Positions 55,921 through 64,000 of a stretch of DNA of 64,000 nt are shown here, piece after piece (position 1 is the first letter of the stretch; each line of letters starts with the position of its first letter). Under the pieces are notes generated by a model, which made no database searches, was not told the DNA's origin, and worked only from the letters and a program-made list of their open reading frames with translations. Made by a program: the position numbers and the translations under genes. The stretch is from an uncultured Desulfovibrionaceae bacterium (GTDB lineage Bacteria > Desulfobacterota > Desulfovibrionia > Desulfovibrionales > Desulfomicrobiaceae). The stretch lies in the NCBI GenBank assembly GCA_964651415.1, contig CAZYZA010000001.1:40274-104273 (forward strand), in the 5' to 3' direction.

Positions 55921-57297
55921 ATGCTACTCAGACATACACCCAAAGAAGTCAGTGAACGCAGCGCCCTGGCCATCAATCCGGCCAAGACCTGCCAGCCCAT
56001 CGGGGCCATGTACGCGGCCCTGGGCGTGCACGGCTGCCTGCCGCACTCCCACGGTTCCCAGGGTTGCTGCGCCTATCATCGCAGCACCCTGACCCGGCAT
56101 TACAAGGAGCCCATTTCCGCAGCCACCAGTTCCTTTACCGAAGGCGCCTCGGTCTTTGGCGGCGGAGCCAACCTGGTCACGGCCATCGAGAACATTTTCA
56201 CCGTTTATGAGCCCGACGTCATTGCCGTGCACACCACCTGCCTGTCCGAAACCATTGGCGACGATCTGCCGCAGATGACGGACAAGGCCAAGAAAAGCGG
56301 CAAGGTGCCGGACGGCAAGCACGTCGTGTACGCCAATACCCCGAGCTACGTCGGCTCCCACGTCACGGGCTTTTCGAACATGGTCAAGGGCATTGCCCAG
56401 GGCTTTGCCGAAAAGACGGGCAAAAAGAACGGCCGGGTCAACATCATTCCCGGTTGGGTCGAACCGGCCGACATGGAAGAGGTCAAACGTCTGGCCGCCC
56501 TCATGGGCCTGGACATCATTCTCTTTCCGGACACCTCGGGCGTGCTGAACGGGGCCCTGACCGGCGAATACAAGATGTTTCCGGACGGCGGCACACCCAT
56601 CGCCGACCTGAAGGCCGCCGGTGACGCCATCGGCACCCTGGCCCTGGGCGAATGGTGCTCGGCCGACGCGGCCCGCTGGCTCGACACCCAGTGCAAAGTG
56701 CCGTGTTCGGTGCTGGACATGCCTTTCGGCCTCAAAGCCACGGACCGGTTCATCGACACCCTGCGCATGGTCGGCGGCGTCAGCGTGCCTGACAGCATCG
56801 CCTTTGAACGCGGCCAGCTGGTCGACCTGATCTCCGACATGCATCAGTATGTTTACGGCAAGAAGGTCGCCCTGGTCGGCGATCCGGATCAGCTCATCGC
56901 CATGACCGAATTCCTGGTCTCCATGGACATGCAGCCCGTGCACATCGTGACCGGCACGCCGGGCTCCAGATTCGAGAAGCGCATTGAGGAGATTGCGGCT
57001 GCTGCCGGGTTCACTCCCAATGTCAAGGCCAGCGGCGACATGTTTCTGCTCCATCAGTGGATCAAGAACGAGCCGGTCGATCTGATCATCGGCAATTCGT
57101 ACTGCAAGTACATTGCCCGCGACGAGGACATTCCGTTTCTGCGCTGGGGATTTCCCATCCTGGACCGTGTCGGTCACCAGTACTTCACGACCCTGGGCTA
57201 CAAGGGCGGGCTGTATCTGTTGACCCGCATGCTGGACCTGATCCTGTCCCGCACGGACCGTGACGCGCCTGAACAGACCTTTGAACTTGTGTACTGA
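55921..57297 (+). CDS. nifK: Nitrogenase MoFe protein beta chain
   Basis: INPAKTCQPIGA, HGSQGCCAY, TTCLSETIGDD. 458 aa. Confidence 0.95.
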   Translation: MLLRHTPKEVSERSALAINPAKTCQPIGAMYAALGVHGCLPHSHGSQGCCAYHRSTLTRHYKEPISAATSSFTEGASVFGGGANLVTAIENIFTVYEPDVIAVHTTCLSETIGDDLPQMTDKAKKSGKVPDGKHVVYANTPSYVGSHVTGFSNMVKGIAQGFAEKTGKKNGRVNIIPGWVEPADMEEVKRLAALMGLDIILFPDTSGVLNGALTGEYKMFPDGGTPIADLKAAGDAIGTLALGEWCSADAARWLDTQCKVPCSVLDMPFGLKATDRFIDTLRMVGGVSVPDSIAFERGQLVDLISDMHQYVYGKKVALVGDPDQLIAMTEFLVSMDMQPVHIVTGTPGSRFEKRIEEIAAAAGFTPNVKASGDMFLLHQWIKNEPVDLIIGNSYCKYIARDEDIPFLRWGFPILDRVGHQYFTTLGYKGGLYLLTRMLDLILSRTDRDAPEQTFELVY

Positions 57298-57305
57298 GTA
57301 AGCCG

Positions 57306-57327
57306 GGCGGCGGATCAGTCCGCCGCC
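57306..57327 (+). promoter_or_regulatory. 9-bp GC stem-loop directly after nifK
   Basis: GGCGGCGGA-tcag-TCCGCCGCC, 9 nt after the nifK stop, with no U-tract. Confidence 0.5.
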
Positions 57328-57346
57328 TTCCGGCACGGAGCCAGTT

Positions 57347-57688
57347 ATGACCATCCGACCCCCTCATGGAAATCGCCCTCTGGTGGCTGTGGCCAGCAGC
57401 ACCGGCAGCACCGTGGACACCCATCTTGGTCATGCCCGGGAGTTTCGGATTTACGGCTTTGACCGGGGTGTGATCGGGCTGCTCGGGACCCGTCCCGCGC
57501 CGAGCCCCGGCTCCGGAGACGCCCGGTGGGAGGGGGTGGGGGAGATCCTGTCCGACTGCGCCTACCTGCTGGTGGCCGGAGTCGGCCGCAAGCCTCTGGA
57601 CATCCTGAGCGCTGCCGGACTGACGATCATCGAGGCCGAAGGATATGTCCAGAGTCTGGTTCGACAGCTCTATGCCGGAGTGGAATAA
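57347..57688 (+). CDS. NifX/NifB-C-terminal-family (dinitrogenase FeMo-cofactor-binding) protein
   Basis: 113 aa. VAVASSTGSTVDTHLGHAREFRIYGF...CAYLLVAGVGRKPLDIL fits the NifX-NifB domain pattern. Located between nifK and nifE. Confidence 0.7.
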   Translation: MTIRPPHGNRPLVAVASSTGSTVDTHLGHAREFRIYGFDRGVIGLLGTRPAPSPGSGDARWEGVGEILSDCAYLLVAGVGRKPLDILSAAGLTIIEAEGYVQSLVRQLYAGVE

Positions 57689-57714
57689 ATTATTTCGATA
57701 TGTTGGAGAAAAAT

Positions 57715-58017
57715 ATGGCGATCCCAGAGAGACTCATTCTTGTTTGTCAGAGTTTTCGGGTCGGCGGCGACCCCAAGGGCGTCTGCTTCAAGCAGACCGA
57801 CGGGTTCCTGCAGTACCTGGAAGAAGAGATCCTGGCCCGGGGCCTGGATATCCTGGTCACGGCCACGGGCTGCATGAAGTTTTGCGAGAAGGGACCGGTC
57901 ATGGTTGTCCAGCCGGACAACTGGTGGTTTGGCGGCGTGAACAGCGAAGAGGCCATTGACGCCATTCTTGACGGCATTGAGAGCGGCGAACCCTGTGCCG
58001 ACTATCATATGAGTTGA
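57715..58017 (+). CDS. Thioredoxin-like [2Fe-2S] ferredoxin
   Basis: MAIPERLILVCQSFRVGGDPKGVC...TGCMKFCEKGP (4 Cys). ATG at 57715 is preceded by GGAGAA; an alternative ATG is at 57700. Confidence 0.7.
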   Translation: MAIPERLILVCQSFRVGGDPKGVCFKQTDGFLQYLEEEILARGLDILVTATGCMKFCEKGPVMVVQPDNWWFGGVNSEEAIDAILDGIESGEPCADYHMS

Positions 58018-58049
58018 ATGGGCAGAATCAGGATGGACCGAGTCTGTCC

Positions 58050-58086
58050 GGGCCGGTCGGAGTATCCTCCATCCTCCGACCGGCCC
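58050..58086 (+). promoter_or_regulatory. 13-bp perfect stem-loop between fdx and nifE
   Basis: GGGCCGGTCGGAG-tatcctccatc-CTCCGACCGGCCC, with no U-tract. Confidence 0.6.
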
Positions 58087-58171
58087 GGCGGACACCACGG
58101 GCGGCATGATCCGGACATCGCGGACACCCCCGGATACGAGAGGGCAGGGCAAGGCCTGCCGGGAGCACACC

Positions 58172-59560
58172 ATGAATCAGAACATACTTGAAGAACGCAA
58201 AAGCCAGGTGCACCGGATCGGCGAGGAGCCCTTTGCCATGGCCTGCAACCGGCCCAGTCTGGCCGGTGCGGTCAGTCAGCGGGCCTGCGTTTTCTGCGGC
58301 TCGCGGGTGGTGCTCTATCCCATTGCCGACGCCCTGCACTTGGTGCACGGGCCCATCGGTTGCGCCACCTACACCTGGGACATCCGGGGAGCCATTTCTT
58401 CCGGTCCGCAGCTGCACCGGCTGAGTTTTTCCACGGATCTGCAGGAAATGGACGTCATTTTCGGCGGCGAGAAAAAGCTGGAGGCCTCCCTGCGCGAACT
58501 CATCAACCTGCATCAGCCCAAGGCCGCCTTTGTCTATTCGACCTGTATCGTCGGTCTGATCGGCGACGACATGGAAGCGGTCTGCCGCCGTGTGGGTCAG
58601 GACACGGGCATTCCGGTTCTGCCGGTCATGAGCGAGGGCTTCAAGGGCAACAAGCGCGAAGGCTACACCGCAGCCTGCAAGGCCATGTTCCGGCTGGTCG
58701 GCACAGGGGACACGACAGGCATTTCACCGCTCAGCGTCAATATCCTGGGCGACTTCAACCTGGCGGGGGAAACATGGATCGTGCGCGAATATTTCCGTCA
58801 GATGGGCGTGGAAGTGGTGGCCAATGTGACCGGAGACGGCCGGATCGACGATATCCGGCGCTGTCACGGCGCGGCCCTGAATCTGGTCCAGTGTTCCGGG
58901 GCAACCATGGAACTGGCCAAGATGATGCAGGAAAAATACGGCACGCCTTTTCAGCGGGTATCCTACCTTGGCGTGGAGGATATGGCCGACTCCCTCTACA
59001 AGGTGGCCGATTTTTTTGCGGACCAGGATCCGTCCATCAAGGCCAAGACCGTGGAGTTGGTGCGCCGCGAACTCTCGGAACTGATGCCCAAACTGGCCGA
59101 ACTGCGCCGGGATCTGGAAGGCAAAAAGGTCGCCATGTATGTCGGCGGGTCGTTCAAGGCCTTTTCCCTGATCAAGGCCTTCCGTCATCTGGGCATGCAG
59201 GTCGTGGTGGTCGGGTCCCAGACCGGGACCGAGGAAGACTACCGCGAACTGGCCGCCATCTCCGATCCCGGAACAATCATCGTTGACGACACCAACCCCC
59301 TGGAGCTGGCCCAGTTCATCAAGGAAAAAGACGTCGATGTCTTTGTCGGCGGGGTCAAGGAACGGCCCATTGCCTACAAGCTGGGCGTGGGCTTCTGCGA
59401 TCACAACCATGAGCGCAAGATTGCCCTGGAAGGGTTTGTCGGCATGTATAACTTTGCCAAGGAAGTGCACATGTCGGCCATGAGTCCGGTTTGGAAGTTC
59501 ATGCCCCGGCGGGCCGGGGTGCGGGTCGCGTGCAGCGGCCAGGAGGTCGTCAATGGCTGA
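58172..59560 (+). CDS. nifE: FeMo-cofactor scaffold NifE
   Basis: ATG at 58172. ...RACVFCGSR...HGPIGCATYTWDIRG...STCIVGLIGDD. 462 aa. Confidence 0.92.
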   Translation: MNQNILEERKSQVHRIGEEPFAMACNRPSLAGAVSQRACVFCGSRVVLYPIADALHLVHGPIGCATYTWDIRGAISSGPQLHRLSFSTDLQEMDVIFGGEKKLEASLRELINLHQPKAAFVYSTCIVGLIGDDMEAVCRRVGQDTGIPVLPVMSEGFKGNKREGYTAACKAMFRLVGTGDTTGISPLSVNILGDFNLAGETWIVREYFRQMGVEVVANVTGDGRIDDIRRCHGAALNLVQCSGATMELAKMMQEKYGTPFQRVSYLGVEDMADSLYKVADFFADQDPSIKAKTVELVRRELSELMPKLAELRRDLEGKKVAMYVGGSFKAFSLIKAFRHLGMQVVVVGSQTGTEEDYRELAAISDPGTIIVDDTNPLELAQFIKEKDVDVFVGGVKERPIAYKLGVGFCDHNHERKIALEGFVGMYNFAKEVHMSAMSPVWKFMPRRAGVRVACSGQEVVNG

Positions 59561-60905
59561 TACCTATGTTTCCACCACCAACGCCTGCAAGATGTGCACG
59601 CCCATGGGCGCGGCCCTGGTCTTCAAGGGCATCGAGAACGCCGTCCCCTTTCTGCACGGCTCCCAGGGCTGCGCGACCTATATGCGCCGCTACATCATCA
59701 GCCATTACCGCGAGCCCGTGGACATCGCCTCCTCGGCCCTGGGCGAGAAGAGCGCGGTCTACGGCGGCGGACCCAACCTCAAGAAGGGCATCCTGAACGT
59801 CATGCGCAAGTACGACGCGGCCCTGGTCGGCGTGGCCACAACCTGTCTGACCGAGACCATCGGCGATGACGTCGGCCGTTACCTCAATGAATTCCGGGAG
59901 GAGTTTTCCGACCTGCCTCTGCCGGAGCTGGTCCATGTGTCCACGCCCAGCTATTCGGGCACGCACATGGAAGGCTGGTTTTATGCCGTGCGCGCCCTGG
60001 TCGATCAGATCGTGCGCGACAAGGCCCCGGCCCACGGCGGCGTCAATCTGCTGCCCGGCTTCCTGTCGCCGGCCGATTACCGCTTTCTGAAGGATCTGGG
60101 AATCCGCGCCGGCGTACCCTTCACCCTGCTGCCCGACCTGTCCGAAACCATGGATGGGGTCATCTGGGATGACTACCACAGCCTGCCCGACGGCGGCACC
60201 CCGGTGGCGGCCATACGCGGCATGAGCGGGGCAGCTGGCACCATAGAATTCGGCATGTCCGGCGGCATGTCCGAATCCGCGGCCGGAGTGCTGGAGCGCA
60301 AGTTCGGCGTGCCGGCCGGCCGGACCCTGATGCCCATCGGCCTGCGGGCCACGGACAGTTTCATGGATCTGCTGGCCGAGTTCGGCGACTGCGACCTGCC
60401 GGCCAAGGACGCCTTTGACCGCGGACGTCTGCTCGATGCCATGGTTGATGGTCACAAGTACATTTTCGGCAAAAGGGCCGTGGTCTACGGCGAAGAGGAT
60501 TTCGTGGTCGCCCTGTGTTCCTTTTTGGGCGAGATCGGCGTGCAGCCCGTGCTGGCCGCCACCGGCACCCAGAGCGACCGTTTCGAAAAGAAGATCATCG
60601 AAGTCCTGGGCGACGTCTGTCTGCACATGCCGGTTGTCCGCAGCGGGGCTGACTTCAAGGATATCGAGGATGAAGCGGCCGAGCTGGCTCCGGACCTGCT
60701 GGTCGGACACAGCAAGGGCTACAAGCTGGCCAGGGCCAAAAACATTCCGCTCATCCGGGTCGGTTTCCCCATCCATGATCGCTTCGGCGGCCAGCGCATC
60801 CTGCATGTCGGCTACGAGGGAGCTCTGTCCCTGTACGACAAACTGGTCAATGCGGTACTGGAAAAGAGTCAGGACGAGTGCCCGGTCGGGTATGGGTATT
60901 TGTAG
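59553..60905 (+). CDS. nifN: FeMo-cofactor scaffold NifN
   Basis: NACKMCTPMGA...LHGSQGCATYMR...TTCLTETIGDD. The ATG overlaps the nifE end by 8 nt. Confidence 0.9.
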   Translation: MADTYVSTTNACKMCTPMGAALVFKGIENAVPFLHGSQGCATYMRRYIISHYREPVDIASSALGEKSAVYGGGPNLKKGILNVMRKYDAALVGVATTCLTETIGDDVGRYLNEFREEFSDLPLPELVHVSTPSYSGTHMEGWFYAVRALVDQIVRDKAPAHGGVNLLPGFLSPADYRFLKDLGIRAGVPFTLLPDLSETMDGVIWDDYHSLPDGGTPVAAIRGMSGAAGTIEFGMSGGMSESAAGVLERKFGVPAGRTLMPIGLRATDSFMDLLAEFGDCDLPAKDAFDRGRLLDAMVDGHKYIFGKRAVVYGEEDFVVALCSFLGEIGVQPVLAATGTQSDRFEKKIIEVLGDVCLHMPVVRSGADFKDIEDEAAELAPDLLVGHSKGYKLARAKNIPLIRVGFPIHDRFGGQRILHVGYEGALSLYDKLVNAVLEKSQDECPVGYGYL

Positions 60906-61028
60906 GCGGGGTGTTTTGCGGACGTTCGGCGGGTCGGGCAGGGCATCCAGGGAGCGCGACGTCGAAGCCCCCGAAAACCAGGCTTTGCCTGGCGACGCAC
61001 AGCCAAGCCCGTCATTGCGGGCGCAGCG

Positions 61029-61073
61029 CGGCAATCCATCTTTCCAGCGGGCGTAATTCGGCAATCCATCTTT
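61029..61073 (+). repeat. Two exact 15-nt direct repeats (CGGCAATCCATCTTT) spaced 30 bp apart, upstream of nifB
   Basis: Copies at 61029-61043 and 61059-61073. The second ends 48 nt before the nifB ATG. Confidence 0.7.
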
Positions 61074-61121
61074 GGTTTTCATCCGCGTCTTAAGGCGCGT
61101 CAACATAGACGGGAGGACCCC

Positions 61122-62375
61122 ATGTCCCAGGAAAAAGACAGATCCAAGCATCCCTGTTTCAATAAAGCCGAGTCCGGGTCCTGCGGGCGGGTTCATCTGC
61201 CCGTGGCTCCAGGCTGTAATATCCAGTGCAATTACTGCAACCGCAAATACGATTGCGTCAACGAGTCCCGGCCCGGGGTGACCAGTGCGGTGCTGCCGCC
61301 GGACAAGGCAGTGGAATATCTGGACGAGGTCCTGGCCAAGGAACCACGCATCACCGTGGTCGGCATTGCCGGGCCGGGCGACCCCATGGCCGACGCGGAC
61401 AAGACCATTGCCACCATCGAGGCCATCAACGTCAAGTACCCGGACATGCTCTACTGTCTGTCCTCCAACGGCCTGGCCCTGCCCGGGCACGTTGACCGGC
61501 TGGCCGAGTTGGGCGTGACCCACGTCACGGTCACGGTCAATGCCGTGGACCCGGAAATCGGGGCCCGGATCTATTCCTGGGTGCGGATCGGCAAAGTGGT
61601 CTACCGGGGTGTGGAAGGAGCACGGATGCTGCTGGAGCGGCAGTTGGAATCCATCCGGCTGCTCAAGGCCAGGGGCATCACGGTCAAGGTCAATTCCATC
61701 GTCATTCCCGGTGTCAATGACCACCATCTGGCCGAGGTGGCCAGGGTCGCGGCGGAGCTGGGAGCGGACATCCAGAATCTCATCCCGCTGCATCCCACGG
61801 CGGACACGCCCTTTGCCGCAGTGGACGAACCGTCCAAGGAATTGATTCACGAACTGCGGACCCAAAACGGTCAGACCATCCTGCAGATGACTCATTGCCG
61901 CCGTTGTCGGGCCGACGCCGTGGGCCTTCTCTGTTCGGACCGGTCCAGCGAGCTGATCCCGGCCCTGAACCGGCTGGCCTGTTCGGGCAAGGAAGTCCGG
62001 CCCTATGTGGCCGTGGCCACGCGCGAAGGGCTGCTGGTCAACATGCATCTGGGCGAAGTGCCCGGTTTTCAGATCTGGGCGCCTCAGGGCAATGGGGCGC
62101 GGATGATCGAGGAGCGTCAGGCCCCGGAAGTGGGCTGCGGCCCGGATCGCTGGCGCAAGCTGGCCGAAATCCTTCACGACTGTTCCCTGGTCCTGGTCGA
62201 AGCGGCCGGCAAGCAGCCCAAGCAGGTCCTGGCCGAACACGGCATCACGGTCTTTGAATGCGGTGGTATGATCAGCGATATCGTCACGGCCCATTTTCAG
62301 GGGGGAGATATCATGCGCTACAAAAACCGTCCGCACAAAGCCGGCTGTGCCGGTATGGGGGGTGGCTGCGGCTGA
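61122..62375 (+). CDS. nifB: Radical-SAM FeMo-cofactor biosynthesis protein NifB with a C-terminal NifX-like domain
   Basis: HPCFN...RVHLPVAPGCNIQCNYCNRKYDC (CxxxCxxC)...TVVGIAGPGDP. The C-terminal ~100 aa are NifX-like. RBS GGGAGGA. Confidence 0.93.
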   Translation: MSQEKDRSKHPCFNKAESGSCGRVHLPVAPGCNIQCNYCNRKYDCVNESRPGVTSAVLPPDKAVEYLDEVLAKEPRITVVGIAGPGDPMADADKTIATIEAINVKYPDMLYCLSSNGLALPGHVDRLAELGVTHVTVTVNAVDPEIGARIYSWVRIGKVVYRGVEGARMLLERQLESIRLLKARGITVKVNSIVIPGVNDHHLAEVARVAAELGADIQNLIPLHPTADTPFAAVDEPSKELIHELRTQNGQTILQMTHCRRCRADAVGLLCSDRSSELIPALNRLACSGKEVRPYVAVATREGLLVNMHLGEVPGFQIWAPQGNGARMIEERQAPEVGCGPDRWRKLAEILHDCSLVLVEAAGKQPKQVLAEHGITVFECGGMISDIVTAHFQGGDIMRYKNRPHKAGCAGMGGGCG

Positions 62376-62381
62376 CGCCGG

Positions 62382-62410
62382 AAAGCTCTGAAATCAGAGC
62401 TTTTCGTCGT
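62382..62410 (+). terminator. Terminator-like hairpin after nifB
   Basis: AAAGCTCTG-aaat-CAGAGCTTT followed by TCGTCGTT. It starts 7 nt after the nifB stop. Confidence 0.65.
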
Positions 62411-62550
62411 TGCCGCGTTCAGTTCGGATGATCACAATCGGGCAATGAAGCTTTTTCAGGCAAGATCGAAAATGGTTCGTATGTCTTCCTGAACGGTCGG
62501 GCTGGATGCGTTCTTGAGCCGGTTTCCCGGAACGCCACCGGAACGCCAAG

Positions 62551-62594
62551 CGTCCATGAGCGGGAGAGAGTCCCCTGTTCATGGACGTTTTTTT
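62551..62594 (+). terminator. Strong rho-independent terminator with no annotated upstream gene
   Basis: CGTCCATGA...(inner GGGA/TCCC pairing)...TCATGGACG followed by TTTTTTT. Confidence 0.7.
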
Positions 62595-62871
62595 GCGTCC
62601 TGTGAAGTCGGTCGGCTTATCGCTGCCTGAAAGCTAGAAGGTGCTCGGTTGATCGCAAGGGGCGTGAGATAAAATCATGAGTGACGGGATTCAAGCACCT
62701 GCCGATAACTCAGAGCCACCAGCAGTGTTGGAGGCATTGGCTGCAAATTCACCCACCCACCTTGATCAACACCCTGGCCTGTCAAGAACTATTCTCGACA
62801 TCGCCCCCGGCAGTTAGGAAGAGCAGGGCAGTGGATGGGGCAGCTCTTTTCTTGACGGGCAACTTTCAAGA

Positions 62872-62887
62872 TGTGTATTCATACACA
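62872..62887 (+). promoter_or_regulatory. Perfect palindrome abutting the hicA start, candidate HicB operator
   Basis: TGTGTAT-tc-ATACACA ends 2 nt before the hicA ATG (62889). TTGACG at 62852-62857 is a possible -35 element. Confidence 0.45.
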
Positions 62888-62888
62888 C

Positions 62889-63077
62889 ATGAAAAGCCGG
62901 GACGTTATCCGCAGACTCAAAAAAGAAGGCTGGTTCGTGGTCAACACCGAAGGTTCCCACGTGCAGCTCAAACACCCCGAAAAGCCGGGCAGGGTGACGG
63001 TTCCGCACCCAAAATCAGACCTTCCCGTCGGCACGCTCAAAAGCATTGAGCGTCAAGCGGGCATCAGCTTGAAATAG
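62889..63077 (+). CDS. hicA: HicA-family mRNA-interferase toxin
   Basis: MKSRDVIRRLKKEGWFVVNTEGSHVQLKHPEKPGRVTVPHP. The ORF-track start at 62871 adds 6 aa. Confidence 0.8.
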   Translation: MKSRDVIRRLKKEGWFVVNTEGSHVQLKHPEKPGRVTVPHPKSDLPVGTLKSIERQAGISLK

Positions 63078-63088
63078 AGAGGTACGTC

Positions 63089-63559
63089 ATGGCCAGTTAT
63101 GTTGCCATCATTCATAAGGACGAAGAAACAGACTTCGGCGCGCTCTTTCCGGATTTCCCCGGCTGCGTAACCGCCGGGGCCAGCCTGGACGAAGTGGCCG
63201 CCATGGCCAAGGAAGCCTTGGCGTTGCATGTTAAAGGAATGCGTGAGGACGGCGAACAACTTCCCGCTCCTAGCACTTTGGAGCAGGCCATGAACCACGA
63301 ACTGGCCAAAGACGCCGTGGCCTGCTTGGTGGTGGAGCTGGCCGAAGGGCAAAGGACGGTGAGGGTCAACATCACGTTGCCTGAAAACGATCTGAAGGAA
63401 ATCGATGCCTTTGCCCGGCGTGCCGGCCTGACCAGATCAAGCCTGCTGGCCATGGGTGCGCGGATGATAATGCAGGGAAAAATCCAGACCGACACAACCA
63501 AGCCTGCAACGCGGAGGGGAGGAAAATCAGGTTCCCCCAAAACTCATGCCGCGTCCTGA
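63089..63559 (+). CDS. hicB: HicB-family antitoxin with a C-terminal RHH (CopG-like) DNA-binding domain
   Basis: MASYVAIIHKDEETDFGALFPDFPGCVTAGASLDEV... (HicB N-terminal domain), then VNITLPENDLKEIDAFARRAGLTRSSLL (RHH). Confidence 0.8.
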   Translation: MASYVAIIHKDEETDFGALFPDFPGCVTAGASLDEVAAMAKEALALHVKGMREDGEQLPAPSTLEQAMNHELAKDAVACLVVELAEGQRTVRVNITLPENDLKEIDAFARRAGLTRSSLLAMGARMIMQGKIQTDTTKPATRRGGKSGSPKTHAAS

Positions 63560-63721
63560 GCCCAACCCCGTTTAAACCGCGCCTCAGCAGCACAGAATCG
63601 TCTCAAATCGGAGTCACGTATCAGGATACACTCCAGACACGCGATCGGCTTCTTGAATAGATCGGCTTTCACCCAGATGGTTCGGGCTTCGAACTGCATC
63701 TGTTCACGTACCTTAATTCAC

Positions 63722-64000
63722 TCAAACAGCTATTTCCTTCTGATACAAATATCTCTGGAATCCGACAAAAATTTTGTTGATCTCTTCCGCCTTGCCCAGG
63801 TCCGCCATGGCATCCTTCAGCGAGTTCCCGTAGCGCAGCCGCAAGAGAGGAGTCAGTTTCGCCTGGTCCAGTTCTTCCACGCCGACATTCACGTAGTGGC
63901 CAAGGACAAAGTCCAGAAAAGCCTGCTGTTTGCTGTTGAACCGCTGCTGGATGCTGATTCTGGCCCTGGCCGCTCTTTCTTCCCGCGTCAGGGGCACATC
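63722..64000 (-). CDS. hsdR: C-terminal end of a type I restriction enzyme R subunit (EcoEI-type C-terminal domain); 5' part beyond the right edge
   Basis: ...FNSKQQAFLDFVLGHYVNVGVEELDQAKLTPLLRLRYGNSLKDAMADLGKAEEINKIFVGFQRYLY matches my recollection of the HsdR C-terminal domain. The frame stays open to position 64000, and the apparent GTG at 63997 is probably internal. Confidence 0.55.
   Translation of the reverse strand, partial: DVPLTREERAARARISIQQRFNSKQQAFLDFVLGHYVNVGVEELDQAKLTPLLRLRYGNSLKDAMADLGKAEEINKIFVGFQRYLYQKEIAV

Noticed and set aside
59550-62336. 928-aa minus-strand ORF spanning nifN, the spacer and nifB. Similar antisense ORFs lie at 52480-53472, 54187-55755, 55924-57354 and 58724-59470.
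   Set aside because: They are antisense to unmistakable nif genes and carry no motifs. An ORF crossing an intergenic spacer and two conserved genes is a GC-driven artefact.
62394-62582. 62-aa minus-strand ORF between the two terminators downstream of nifB.
   Set aside because: It starts inside the terminator stem. It is Arg-rich, has no RBS and shows no recognisable motif.
62681-63049. 122-aa plus-strand ORF overlapping hicA in another frame.
   Set aside because: It has a GTG start without an RBS and is Arg/Gln/Pro-rich. The hicA frame gives a canonical HicA sequence.

Overview
This is a high-GC bacterial chromosome segment. Gene content resembles an anaerobic, sulfate-reducer-like deltaproteobacterium, but that is inference only and no search was possible. 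All calls come from reading the ORF-track proteins and the DNA by eye. There are three blocks.

(1) 1-25.8 kb, all on the minus strand. Thirteen tightly packed or overlapping genes run in this order:
- a tripartite RND efflux pump (OMF-MFP-RND);
- an FkbK/J/I/H-like cassette for a glycolate-type extender unit (hydroxymalonyl-ACP);
- a modular type I PKS (AT-ACP-KS-AT-DH-KR-ACP, then a KS-AT protein with no carrier domain);
- a type II thioesterase;
- a DUF697-like membrane protein;
- a secreted S12/beta-lactamase-fold serine hydrolase fused to an autotransporter beta-barrel;
- an ACP-aminotransferase-condensation protein that runs off the left edge and is absent from the ORF track.

(2) 26.4-51 kb. 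An orphan ABC-type substrate-binding protein sits next to a sensor-MFS fusion. The rest is mostly housekeeping: pfk, nifS/nifU, bpt, glnS, Nudix, nitroreductase, glk, maf, an Lpd-like protein, an MCP and a split YeeE/YedE pair.

(3) 51.2-62.4 kb. A Mo-nitrogenase cluster: nifV divergent from nifH-nifI1-nifI2-nifD-nifK-nifX-like-fdx-nifE-nifN-nifB. A canonical sigma54 promoter precedes nifH and a probable one precedes nifV. The cluster is followed by hicAB and the 3' end of a type I restriction hsdR gene at the right edge.

I saw no rRNA, tRNA, CRISPR array, transposase or integrase.

The best candidate for something new is the PKS-NRPS unit hard-wired to an RND pump. The most unusual part is the ClbP-like S12 hydrolase displayed on an autotransporter. 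The split beta-amino-installing module (KS-AT plus ACP-AMT-C) is the second notable feature.
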